Positions 39,456 to 48,292 of a DNA stretch of 64,000 bases are shown here, piece by piece; within the stretch, counting starts at the first letter, position 1; every line of letters starts with the position of its first letter. The stretch comes from an uncultured virus (IMG/VR IMGVR_UViG_3300047160_023228). Lineage: Duplodnaviria; Heunggongvirae; Uroviricota; Caudoviricetes. The translations under genes and the position numbers were made by a program. The notes under the pieces are model-generated. The model was not told the DNA's origin. It did not search any database and saw only the letters and a program-made list of their open reading frames with translations. Where the stretch lies: IMG/VR virus record IMGVR_UViG_3300047160_023228; one strand, 5' to 3'.

Positions 39456-39500
39456 TGGGGTGGCGCGTCACCCTCAACGCGATGGATCGCGGAAGGACCC
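39456..39500 (-). other. putative cos site (cosQ-like GGGTCCT plus dyad)
   Basis: Minus strand GGGTCCTTCCGCGATCC…GGGTGACGCGCCACCC just upstream of terS. Confidence 0.7.
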
Positions 39501-39716
39501 AAAGCCGAAAGTGACACAGGCCACCATCTATCCATTGAGTTGGTAACTCACATCAAGTGAGTGGCTTACGCTCTCTTCAACCCTCCAAAGCAGCGCGCGG
39601 TTGGCCCGTCAGGGAGTGTGGACATCTGGCTACCGATCCCACCGAAGCGTTCGGCACATCATCACAACCCGTAAGTTGTGGCCGTCCCGCAACCGCGCTC
39701 TACTCTCAACCTGCCT

Positions 39717-40904
39717 TCACTTCGCCAATCCGCGCAAAGAATCCACGTGCTCAGCCCACCGGGCAAGCATGTCCCGCCGTTGTTCGGCGTATTCAGCGCG
39801 GTTGTAGATGCCCTTCACACCCGGCGGCTTATGGTTCAAACACTTCTCAATCCACTTCTCTTCGAATCCCATCTCACTCAACCTTGTGGTTGCTGTACGT
39901 CGCAGATCATGCACAGTGAAATGGGGCAGCCGTACGGCCACCCGCGCAAGTTGTTTATTCAGTGTGCTTTTGGAGATGGATGCCCATGTTCCGCCTGGCG
40001 CCGGCAACACACAGCCTTGCGGCGCATCGCCCTTCATCAGCGAACGAAACAGCCGAACCGCGCGGGTGGATAGATAGACGATCTGGCCTTGCCCCATCTT
40101 GTCATGGGCCTCGGGGATCGCCCATTCGCCACGGCTGAAATCGATCTCCGTCCATTCGGCCAGGCGCAACGCGCTCTTTCGCACCAACGTCAAAAGAATC
40201 AGTTCCAACGCCGCTTTGTACCGGGCTTCGATGGGCGCCCGATCCAACGCGCGCAGAAACACGCCGATTTCGGCCTCGTTCAAAGCACGATCCCGTTTCA
40301 CGCGCTCCGCAATGTACTTGGGAGATATCTCACGGGCCGGGTTAGCTTCCATCACCCCGCACACAATCGCGTAATCGCACAGCCGCTTGAGGATGTCCCG
40401 GATTGCAAGGGCCGAAGATCGCTTGCCTTCGTCGCGCCGTTCGAAGACGATTTCCCGCACGTGATCGGTGTTGATCGAACTCATGGGAAGGTGGCCGATG
40501 CGCGGCAACACGTCGCGTTCAAGATAGCGGCGCACATCGTTCGGAGCCAATCTATCTTTGGCAACCACTTCGCGTAAGTAACGCTCCGCAAAGTCTTTAA
40601 GCGTAGCGCGTTTCAGCTTCCCCAACTTCGCCTGGCGCTTGAGATCGTCCGGAGAGATGCCCTTCTTGATCGATGCGGCAAGCTCATCTCTTTTCTTTCG
40701 GGCTTTTTCGAGCGTGACGGTGGGATATCGCCCCAGGTTGATCTTTCCCGGCTTGCCGTGCAGCCGATAGCGAAACCGCCAACTCTTCACGCCGCTTGGT
40801 TGGATTTCCATGCCCAAACCGCGGCCATCGGTGACGGTGTAACGCCGATCTTTGGGCGCGAGTTCGTCAATGTCCGCAACTTTCAGGGATTTTCTTGTTC
40901 CCAT
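39717..40904 (-). CDS. P4-family tyrosine integrase
   Basis: Arm-binding DGRGL…SGVKSW…LGRYP; R (LVRKS), HDLRR, CLNH, Y all present. Confidence 0.93.
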   Translation of the reverse strand: MGTRKSLKVADIDELAPKDRRYTVTDGRGLGMEIQPSGVKSWRFRYRLHGKPGKINLGRYPTVTLEKARKKRDELAASIKKGISPDDLKRQAKLGKLKRATLKDFAERYLREVVAKDRLAPNDVRRYLERDVLPRIGHLPMSSINTDHVREIVFERRDEGKRSSALAIRDILKRLCDYAIVCGVMEANPAREISPKYIAERVKRDRALNEAEIGVFLRALDRAPIEARYKAALELILLTLVRKSALRLAEWTEIDFSRGEWAIPEAHDKMGQGQIVYLSTRAVRLFRSLMKGDAPQGCVLPAPGGTWASISKSTLNKQLARVAVRLPHFTVHDLRRTATTRLSEMGFEEKWIEKCLNHKPPGVKGIYNRAEYAEQRRDMLARWAEHVDSLRGLAK

Positions 40905-41018
40905 GTACCCAAAGTGCGCACCCAACGCGAAAACGGGCAACTAATTCCCTTAGAAATCAAAGCTGGAATACTTAATGAGCTAGAAAATCCCCGATTCCCG
41001 CAAGTAAACTGAATCCGT

Positions 41019-41096
41019 GGCCCCGTAGCTCAGCCCGGATAGAGCATCTGCCTTCTAAGCAGAGGGTCGTTGGTTCGAGTCCAACCGGGGTCACCA
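41019..41096 (+). tRNA. tRNA-Arg(UCU), phage-borne, intact
   Basis: GGCCCCG/CGGGGTC acceptor, GCTC/GAGC D stem, TCTGC-CTTCTAA-GCAGA, GTTGG-TTCGAGT-CCAAC, ACCA. Confidence 0.95.
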
Positions 41097-41103
41097 TTCA
41101 GAC

Positions 41104-41130
41104 AAAAGAAAAGCCCGGCCGGCGCCGGGC
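41104..41130 (-). terminator. intrinsic terminator ending the early/middle operon
   Basis: Minus strand gcccggc-gccg-gccgggc-ttttctttt. Confidence 0.7.
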
Positions 41131-41150
41131 AAAGTGGGAGAACAAGCGAA

Positions 41151-42353
41151 TCAGGCTTCTTCGAGCGCGTTGACTAAGAGCGGTTGGATCGTGCCATCAC
41201 GGTTGATCCTGTCCAACATGGCATCGCCGGCGGCTTCAGTCCCATCCCATCCCCGCGGCCAGGTATTGGCCGCAATGAGTTCCCGGATGCGCGCCTCTTC
41301 CTCAGAGTTGATTAGATCGATTGTTGGCCTACTCAACCGCCGGGCGGCTTCGTTGATTTCAGCCTGAATGCCAAGCACTGTTTTGAGGCCGCACAACCGG
41401 GCTTCCATAGTCAAGGGTCCAACCCGCTGTGGATTCGCCGCCGGGGTTCCATCCTTTCGCAATTCGATCTCCGTCTTACGTAAGCGGTTCGCATGGTCAA
41501 ACGAAAGATCGTGGTACAGCGGTTTCAACCGGGTAAGCGGAGTGAGATACGACCATTGAGTATCACGAATCACGGCCTGTAACGCGGTGTCCCGACTAGC
41601 AAGCGGACAACCGATGCACCCGGTTCGCGCGTTCAATTCCTCGGCCTGGGCGCCGCCATAAGCAACAGCAATCGGAATGGTCGGGAAGCCGAGATCCGGA
41701 GCGTGAGCCGTGAGCCATGCCCAAACATGGCACACCCGCCAATGAAGCAAGGGAGCAAGTGTGTCCGCAACCGCTTCCGGCGTAGCTTCCTGAAACCATC
41801 CCTGACCACATTCGGCGCCGTCACGGCTGCAACTCAAGATGATCCGTGCATCCCGTTGCGCGGACTCGCCGATCCGAACGCCCGTGATCATCAGAAGTTT
41901 TTCGCCGGCCCGGGCGCGCAGAGTTTCCAATGCGTGAACCATCGGCTCAATCTTGATCTGGGCCGTACACCACCGAAACCTGTTTTTGGGCGGTGGAACG
42001 CCGCGGCCAAGCATGTAGACAAAGAACCGCTCATCGATCTCCGGAAGCACAACCCGCGTGTCTATGCCGCGTTCTCTCAACTCCGCCATTACCTTTGTGG
42101 CCGCCACTTGAAGCGGTGGTATCTCCATTCGCGTATCGGCATAGAGCACCGTCAGGCTTTCCGGCGATGGTATCTGTTCCGTTTCGATCAGGTGAGCCAC
42201 GATGGTCACGGTTGCGCTGGAATCCTTGCCGCCCGAATATGCAATAGCCCAATGCCGGTGTGTCTGTGCGTAAGTTAAAAGCGATTGCTTTGTGAGTTCA
42301 ATCGCTTCTTTCAGTGTGGTTCGGGCGCCCTCAAACAGAGTGGGAGCAATCAT
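41151..42353 (-). CDS. DndC-like PAPS reductase-family protein
   Basis: YSGGKDS, ADTRME, LGRGVPPP..RFRWCT..IKIEP, GVRIGES..R, RTGCIGC. Confidence 0.82.
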   Translation of the reverse strand: MIAPTLFEGARTTLKEAIELTKQSLLTYAQTHRHWAIAYSGGKDSSATVTIVAHLIETEQIPSPESLTVLYADTRMEIPPLQVAATKVMAELRERGIDTRVVLPEIDERFFVYMLGRGVPPPKNRFRWCTAQIKIEPMVHALETLRARAGEKLLMITGVRIGESAQRDARIILSCSRDGAECGQGWFQEATPEAVADTLAPLLHWRVCHVWAWLTAHAPDLGFPTIPIAVAYGGAQAEELNARTGCIGCPLASRDTALQAVIRDTQWSYLTPLTRLKPLYHDLSFDHANRLRKTEIELRKDGTPAANPQRVGPLTMEARLCGLKTVLGIQAEINEAARRLSRPTIDLINSEEEARIRELIAANTWPRGWDGTEAAGDAMLDRINRDGTIQPLLVNALEEA

Positions 42354-43966
42354 CCGATCACCGCCTCAACCAACGCTTTCGCGGTGTGAGTCGGAACGGC
42401 GTTGCCAATCTGTTTCACGATGTCATCCCGCTTGCCGGTGAAACGATAGTGATCCGGGAAGCCCTGGGCGCGGGCAAGCTCACGCGGCTGCAACATCCGA
42501 AAGCGGATATCGAGCCGGTAACGCTTCACTTCGGGCTGAATCAGGGCGAACCGTTCTTTAGTGGTGACAGTTGGAACAGGATCGGCGGCGCCGCTCAAGT
42601 TCTCTGTGCCGTAGTAACAGATCAGGAACGGTTCGCAGATCCCCACTCCAATCTTCGAAGTTGCGGTGGGCATCGGTTCATCAACAGACTGTGCGGCGCG
42701 CGGCGTCTCACCTTCGCCGTGGTTCACCGTGACCATGTACGGCTGAATCAGGGCGGTATGGTTCTCTGTGACCACGGTGGCCAGAGGATCACCGACGCTT
42801 CGCGGTTCGCGTCCTTTGCCTTCCGGGCCGCCAGCTTGCATAAGAAATGGTTCAACGAGGGATAGATCACAACTTGTAGCTGTCACCGTCCGAACGGGCT
42901 TATCGATGCTTTGTGGCTGATCATTCTTCCGCGGATGTGGGAGTAAGAACGGTTGCACGATCCCGGTGTTGGCCTTCGTTACCACCGTGGGAATCGGCTC
43001 ATCGATCCCGCGGTTCTTCCCGCTGTCCGATCCCTGCTGATCCCATTGCACGAGATACGGCTCAACCAACCCGTAGTGATTCCCGCCGGCGGTGACGGTG
43101 TGTAACGGCTCATCCACCGCCTGGGTGGTCCCGGTTCCGCGCATCACTACGAGAAACGGGCGAAGATTCTCCGCCACACACCGCCCGAGATCGATATCCA
43201 AACCGCAAAACCGCTTCAACCCTGCCTGAATCCGTGAGAGCGTCTTTTTCGCTAAAGGCCGCTTGCGATCAAAGATGCTTTGCGAATCCATCTTCCAATC
43301 GATGATTTCGCGGGCGGTGCGCCACGGTTGCCTCTGATCCGGGATTAGTTCATTGCGCAACCGCGTGTGTGTCGGCTTCGGCCAGTGAATCTGTTTGCCG
43401 CCGCGGCGGGCGATGATGAACAGGCGCCGCCGGGTGGTAGGATCGCCGTAATCCGCACACGTGAGAATGCGCCATTCCACGCGATAGCCCAAAGCTTTCA
43501 GGGATGAGACGAACTGCAGGAACAGTTCGCCGCGCTTGGATTTCAACGGGCGGCCGTTCGCTCCCAACGGCCCCCACGAAGTGAATTCCGGCACATTTTC
43601 GAGGATGATGTTATCGATGTACAGGGCTTCGGCGAACCGCAAAACGTGCCAGGCCGAAGAGCGCGATTGATCGGACATCGGCTTTCCGCCGCGCGCAACG
43701 GAATGATGAGTGCATTCCGGCGAGGCGCACATCACGTCCAACCGGCCGCCGGGAATCAGCTTTCGCGGGTCCACGTTATCGATTCCGGTACAAGCGTGTT
43801 GCGCGTAAGGATGGTTGATGCTGTGGGTATCGATTGCAACCTGCCAATGGTTCACGGCCACAAGACTGAGATCAGCCCCGATCTCGTTGGCCGCCATAAG
43901 TAAGCCCTGCGATGTTCCGCCTGCTCCGCAAAAAAGGTCTGCTGCCTTGATCTCTTTCTTTTTCAC
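42350..43966 (-). CDS. DNA (cytosine-5) methyltransferase with repeat-expanded variable region
   Basis: DLFCGAGG, SPECT, ENVPEF, R.R, QIGNAV; repeated S.D.P..TVT units. Confidence 0.92.
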   Translation of the reverse strand: MKKKEIKAADLFCGAGGTSQGLLMAANEIGADLSLVAVNHWQVAIDTHSINHPYAQHACTGIDNVDPRKLIPGGRLDVMCASPECTHHSVARGGKPMSDQSRSSAWHVLRFAEALYIDNIILENVPEFTSWGPLGANGRPLKSKRGELFLQFVSSLKALGYRVEWRILTCADYGDPTTRRRLFIIARRGGKQIHWPKPTHTRLRNELIPDQRQPWRTAREIIDWKMDSQSIFDRKRPLAKKTLSRIQAGLKRFCGLDIDLGRCVAENLRPFLVVMRGTGTTQAVDEPLHTVTAGGNHYGLVEPYLVQWDQQGSDSGKNRGIDEPIPTVVTKANTGIVQPFLLPHPRKNDQPQSIDKPVRTVTATSCDLSLVEPFLMQAGGPEGKGREPRSVGDPLATVVTENHTALIQPYMVTVNHGEGETPRAAQSVDEPMPTATSKIGVGICEPFLICYYGTENLSGAADPVPTVTTKERFALIQPEVKRYRLDIRFRMLQPRELARAQGFPDHYRFTGKRDDIVKQIGNAVPTHTAKALVEAVIG

Positions 43967-44913
43967 TTTCCGTCCTTCGGGAACATCTTCCATTGGCTGT
44001 TATCGAGAAACGATCCGGCGTCTTTCTTGCCCACCTTGTACACCGCCGCGGCACCGTCATTCCCATCAAGCTGGTAGGTGTACAACCCGAACTCCGGATC
44101 AGGGCGATCCCGGCCGGCAACGGCGTGAAACGTTCCGTCATACGAAACCAGGCTGTGCGCGCTGCAACGGTGGAACTCCTGATCCACGCGCATCTGACGC
44201 GCCGGGAACCATTCGCCCCATTGCTTGAAAAAGAACGGGACGCCGGCCACCTGGCATTCGACGCGTACATCGCGCGCCCAATCGGGATGCATCGGCCTGG
44301 CCGCCGATCCGCTCTCCCCGCCACATATCACCCAATCCACGTGCTCGAATGCGCGGCTCAACACCAGGTCAAGCGGTCCCAGGGCGGGTTCGTAGCTCAC
44401 GAAGAACATGGGAACCGAAGGATGCCGGGCGCGAAGCCGTGCCACGTGCGCCAGGCGTTCTTCCAACCGCGTCTGATCTTCGGCGGTGAATCCCGGCTTG
44501 ACGTTCGCGGGCCAGCTCCGCAACCACCGATCCGGCATGAACGCTTCGTAGTTGTGCGCGCGCTTGGTCAGGATCAGGAATTGGAGGTTGCTGCAAACAT
44601 CGGCCTCAAGGTAGAAACGTTGACGCTGATCCCGCGGGCCATCGTCATCAAGAAAATCGGCCAGGGACGCGACGAACACACGGCGCATCACGCCGGCTGC
44701 TTTGGACGCGCGGTCCCACTTGCGAAGCTGATTCCAGTTGGCAAGCGAAGTGATCTTGCGCGGCGCACCCGGCCCCCACCCGCCGCCGGTCCAGTTGTAG
44801 AGCTTGTTTTGGGTTTCGGCGTAGCAATTCTTACAGCCCGGCGAAACCTTGGTGCATCCGATCCACGGATTGAAGGTGTGATCCGTCCACTCGATTTTGG
44901 AATTCTCTCCCAT
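43963..44913 (-). CDS. Gp37/Gp68 (DUF5131) family protein
   Basis: SKIEWTDHTFNPWIGCTKVSPGCKNCYA, LTKR, WVICGGESG, FFKQWGEW. Confidence 0.92.
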   Translation of the reverse strand: MGENSKIEWTDHTFNPWIGCTKVSPGCKNCYAETQNKLYNWTGGGWGPGAPRKITSLANWNQLRKWDRASKAAGVMRRVFVASLADFLDDDGPRDQRQRFYLEADVCSNLQFLILTKRAHNYEAFMPDRWLRSWPANVKPGFTAEDQTRLEERLAHVARLRARHPSVPMFFVSYEPALGPLDLVLSRAFEHVDWVICGGESGSAARPMHPDWARDVRVECQVAGVPFFFKQWGEWFPARQMRVDQEFHRCSAHSLVSYDGTFHAVAGRDRPDPEFGLYTYQLDGNDGAAAVYKVGKKDAGSFLDNSQWKMFPKDGK

Positions 44914-44915
44914 GG

Positions 44916-45236
44916 TCAGAACTCCGTAGACGCGAAGTAGCGCGGGAACTTGGCGCCTTCGGTGATGAGTTTGTTCAACTGTTCGCGGAAAGAGCGCGGC
45001 TTGTATCCGGGCTTTCCAAAGCCCTCATCGTCTTCATCGTGGAACTTGAGACGGCGCATTTCCTTCACACTGAGTTCACGCGGGCAACCGTCCTTGATGT
45101 CGATCAGATCATCCTGCACAACCCGATCAAGGCTCATGCTCATGTTTTCCGCGTAGCCGATGGCGGCCTCAAGCGGTGATGCCGCGGCCATCCATTCGCA
45201 ATCGTTCATCTCGTAGACTTTAACTTCGCTGTCCAT
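44916..45236 (-). CDS. hypothetical protein
   Basis: Co-oriented, RBS. Confidence 0.7.
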   Translation of the reverse strand: MDSEVKVYEMNDCEWMAAASPLEAAIGYAENMSMSLDRVVQDDLIDIKDGCPRELSVKEMRRLKFHDEDDEGFGKPGYKPRSFREQLNKLITEGAKFPRYFASTEF

Positions 45237-45244
45237 CGCCTTCC

Positions 45245-45736
45245 TTATGCAAACAACGCCATCTGATCCCGCGCCGACACAACCCGGAACGCTTCAAACA
45301 GCGGCTCAATATCATCCTTCGGTTCGGACGTGCTCAAAGCTTCGAGCCGCGCCCAGGCTTCATCGGTGTCAAAATCGCCCGCTTTGTCGATGGCATCGAG
45401 CAACGCCATGCGCGAAGCTTCCACGTTGGCGCCCAGGTGCTCACAGCATTCGGGGAAGCTCACAAACGGCCATTCCCCGCGCGGCTTCAATGTTTCCGAA
45501 GTGGCGATCCAATCGCGGGCGAGCAACGCTTCGTCGGTGGGCCGCGCTTGGGGATCGGCGGCGGGCTTCGGCAACGCCACGATCACGCCGCGGGAGATCG
45601 AAGCCAGGCCCAGGCAACAATTGCAATCGATCACCGCCACTTCGATCACGCGGAGATAGAACTGCATCGTAGGCGTGTAATGCCATTGCGGCCGGGCCGC
45701 TTGCCACCTTGAGACATCCAACTTCGATTCCGCCAT
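45245..45736 (-). CDS. hypothetical protein
   Basis: ARDWI…SFPECCEHLG; co-oriented. Confidence 0.7.
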   Translation of the reverse strand: MAESKLDVSRWQAARPQWHYTPTMQFYLRVIEVAVIDCNCCLGLASISRGVIVALPKPAADPQARPTDEALLARDWIATSETLKPRGEWPFVSFPECCEHLGANVEASRMALLDAIDKAGDFDTDEAWARLEALSTSEPKDDIEPLFEAFRVVSARDQMALFA

Positions 45737-45748
45737 CTTGCCCTCGTG

Positions 45749-46003
45749 CTACAGAACGCGGCGCACGATCACGCCGGCAATGCCGTACTCATCCACCTTC
45801 TCGGTTGCGAACTTCATGCCCTTCAGGAAGGGCGAAACCCGCGTCAATGTGCGGCTGATCGAACCCATGCGCTTGCGCAAGTGATCCACGGATTCACCCT
45901 TGGCGGTGACGAAGAAACTATCGCCAACCTGCAGATCCCGCCACGGATACTTCCGCCCGCCGCATTTCCTGTCCGGTGGATCGATCCAAAACTTTTCCAT
46001 CAC
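45749..46003 (-). CDS. small DNA-binding-like protein
   Basis: KYPWRDLQVGDSFFV pattern. Confidence 0.7.
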   Translation of the reverse strand: MMEKFWIDPPDRKCGGRKYPWRDLQVGDSFFVTAKGESVDHLRKRMGSISRTLTRVSPFLKGMKFATEKVDEYGIAGVIVRRVL

Positions 46004-46360
46004 TTACCTAACCTGTTCGTCGGGGTTTAGTTCGAATTTTCGGCAGAGTTCACGAGCGTACGTCGAACCCAACGCAAACACAGCCGATACCGCAACCCAT
46101 CGGGGGTGCTTTGTGCCTTTACGCTGCGCATGATCACGTGCGCCCCGAACAGCACGGCGCAATAAATCTTCGGCGGTGATCTCATGCAGGAAATGCCGGT
46201 ATTCCAACTCCGCCGCGCAAAGAATCCGCTGGCGCAACTCGCCCGCCGCATGAGATCGGCACGGGCAACCGGGCTTGCATGTGTTCTCTTCGTGTGCGCC
46301 ATAGATTCCACGCGCATCGAGAATCTCTTCGATGATGTCTTCCAACTGTTCAATCGCCAT
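46004..46360 (-). CDS. hypothetical protein
   Basis: Co-oriented, abutting neighbours. Confidence 0.65.
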   Translation of the reverse strand: MAIEQLEDIIEEILDARGIYGAHEENTCKPGCPCRSHAAGELRQRILCAAELEYRHFLHEITAEDLLRRAVRGARDHAQRKGTKHPRWVAVSAVFALGSTYARELCRKFELNPDEQVR

Positions 46361-46363
46361 CGC

Positions 46364-46831
46364 TTACCTCGGCATCGTGCCCCGATAGCGCGGGGCTTTT
46401 TCGTTCACTTCCTCAAGCGAGTGATAGTCCACGTGGTTGTACCGGAAAACCCCATTCGCTTCGATCCGTTCGCGGGCAACCTGCCAGAACAGGGTGAGTT
46501 CGGCATGGCGTTCCCGTTCGGCCCATTGCTGTTCTCTCCGCCGGTTTGCCAGGTGCTCAAGCGGTTCGATCAGTTCGCCCAATTCCGGCCAGGCTTTTTC
46601 GCCTTCGCCCCGCCGGCGCCGCGCTACCCGGTGAACCACCGCCGTCACATCGGCGTCGGGGAATTCCGAAACCGCCGTGGCGTACATCTCATACGCTTTG
46701 TCACTGACAGTCGCGCCCCGCGCTTCCGCCAGGAGTCTCATCAAGCCGAGCAAGGATAGAAGCCGCTGCGCGTCTTGCCGCTTCGTCATTTGCGTCGGAA
46801 CGTTGCTGACCACCATGCCCAAAGTTGCCAT
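46364..46831 (-). CDS. replication-associated protein (helicase loader/inhibitor position)
   Basis: Follows the initiator; WPELGELI; start uncertain, overlaps upstream gene. Confidence 0.5.
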   Translation of the reverse strand: MATLGMVVSNVPTQMTKRQDAQRLLSLLGLMRLLAEARGATVSDKAYEMYATAVSEFPDADVTAVVHRVARRRRGEGEKAWPELGELIEPLEHLANRRREQQWAERERHAELTLFWQVARERIEANGVFRYNHVDYHSLEEVNEKAPRYRGTMPR

Positions 46832-47633
46832 TGCCGCCCCCGTTCGGTCTGGATTGGTTCTGTGCGCGCGTAAGCCAGTTCACGATGAACCGCCGCATTC
46901 CCGCCGGCGTCTTGCGGTTGCGCGGGTTGGCCTCAAGCCACACGCTGGCGCGAAGCAACTCCGTGAGCACGTTCACGCCGGGGAACGCATCGGCCCACTT
47001 CGCACAGTCTTCTGGCAACACCGGCCATTCCTCGCCGGTCACGGTGGGTATGTACATCGGGTTCCCGTTGGCGTCAAGAGCGGGACTGGGAGCGGGTGTT
47101 ATCTGCGCGCCGCTTGCCGGCGGGCAAGAGTTGTTGTCTTTTCCCTCTACGTCTTCATCAACGTCTACGTCTACTTCGTCGCGTTTTGTATTGCTTAACG
47201 ATTCGTTTTGATCTTCTAAACTATTCCATAACGAATCGTTTTGTTTCTGTTGTTGAGCCTGTTTCGCCGCTTTCGCAGCAGCCGCTTTCAGGGTCCGGTC
47301 CACGTGCGCCAGGTGCAACGCCTTCGAAGCTTCCCACGTCTCGAATTGCACCCGGTTGTAGACACGGCCGGAACCGTCCGATACGAAATGGGCCATTACT
47401 TCCTCGCGGATGGTAGGAAGGTTCTTCCTCTTCCGAGTCCACAAGCACAGTGAACGGCTGTACTTCGCCAGTTCGTTGTTGTCTTCCGGGAGCTTCCCAT
47501 CGGGCTGTTGGAACTGCGCCATGATGAGGTTGTGAAACGCGCGGTAGCCCGCGTCTGTAAACGCCTGTACGGTGGCTGAGCCTTGCCAGGCGTCAATCTT
47601 ATGCTTGTACCATTGCTGCCAATCTGAAGCCAT
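46701..47633 (-). CDS. replication initiator (YdaU/DUF1376-like N-terminus)
   Basis: WYKH.IDAW…GRVYNR, DVDVDEDVE linker, RFIVNWL C-domain. Confidence 0.75.
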   Translation of the reverse strand: MASDWQQWYKHKIDAWQGSATVQAFTDAGYRAFHNLIMAQFQQPDGKLPEDNNELAKYSRSLCLWTRKRKNLPTIREEVMAHFVSDGSGRVYNRVQFETWEASKALHLAHVDRTLKAAAAKAAKQAQQQKQNDSLWNSLEDQNESLSNTKRDEVDVDVDEDVEGKDNNSCPPASGAQITPAPSPALDANGNPMYIPTVTGEEWPVLPEDCAKWADAFPGVNVLTELLRASVWLEANPRNRKTPAGMRRFIVNWLTRAQNQSRPNGGGNGNFGHGGQQRSDANDEAARRAAASILARLDETPGGSAGRDCQ

Positions 47634-48289
47634 TACGCCGCCTTCTCCAGCCACTTCGTATTCAGGTCGATGCTTGCCTGTAGCGCCATCATTCGTTCCA
47701 CGCGCGGATCGGCTTGCAGGTCCACCGCCGGCTTTTCCCGCATCAGCAGGTTGTACAGCCGTTCCACGCGCAGCGCGTTGTAGGCCGTGACGAACTTCGC
47801 GCCGTAGAACTGAATGCCATCCTTGCGGCGATAGCCCAGGCGTTCGGCAAGATCGGACTTCGTGACGCCAAGTTCCGCAACCATCCAATCGATTCGGCGG
47901 GTGGTTTCCTTCGCGTTCACCAGCGATCCATCGGAGCGGGCATCGGTGGTTACGCGCATGATCTTCTCTTCGGTGCTTTGCCGGATGCGCTTTTGCGTGC
48001 CGTTGGCGATCTTCATTAGCCGAACGTCGCTGATCCCGGTCACGTCCCACACCGCGCGCTTGCCTACGTGCGCCTGGCGGAGCATCAACAGGTGTTCCCG
48101 TGCGAATTCCGCGCTCACGTAGTAATCCATGTCGGAACGCTTGCGGCGGGCGCGCTGGTCGCGTTGGTGGGCCGCGTAAGCCGCGCGGCAACCATCACAG
48201 CGGCAACCCGTGCGATACCTTGCCGCGGTCCCGTGGGCCGCCTGTGTGTGCGCAGAACGGCCCTTGTAGTTTCCGGGTGCCCAGGGCAT
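47633..48289 (-). CDS. Zn-finger plus HTH protein
   Basis: HGT..RY..GCRCDGC; HTH-like segments. Confidence 0.7.
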   Translation of the reverse strand: MPWAPGNYKGRSAHTQAAHGTAARYRTGCRCDGCRAAYAAHQRDQRARRKRSDMDYYVSAEFAREHLLMLRQAHVGKRAVWDVTGISDVRLMKIANGTQKRIRQSTEEKIMRVTTDARSDGSLVNAKETTRRIDWMVAELGVTKSDLAERLGYRRKDGIQFYGAKFVTAYNALRVERLYNLLMREKPAVDLQADPRVERMMALQASIDLNTKWLEKAA

Positions 48290-48292
48290 CGC

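Noticed and set aside
41151..42353. Complete Dnd phosphorothioation system
   Set aside because: No dndA/B/D/E or ssp partners in the window
47634..48191. N-terminal extension of the 496-aa replication ORF
   Set aside because: Overlaps the 218-aa gene; TAATG coupling supports a start at 47633
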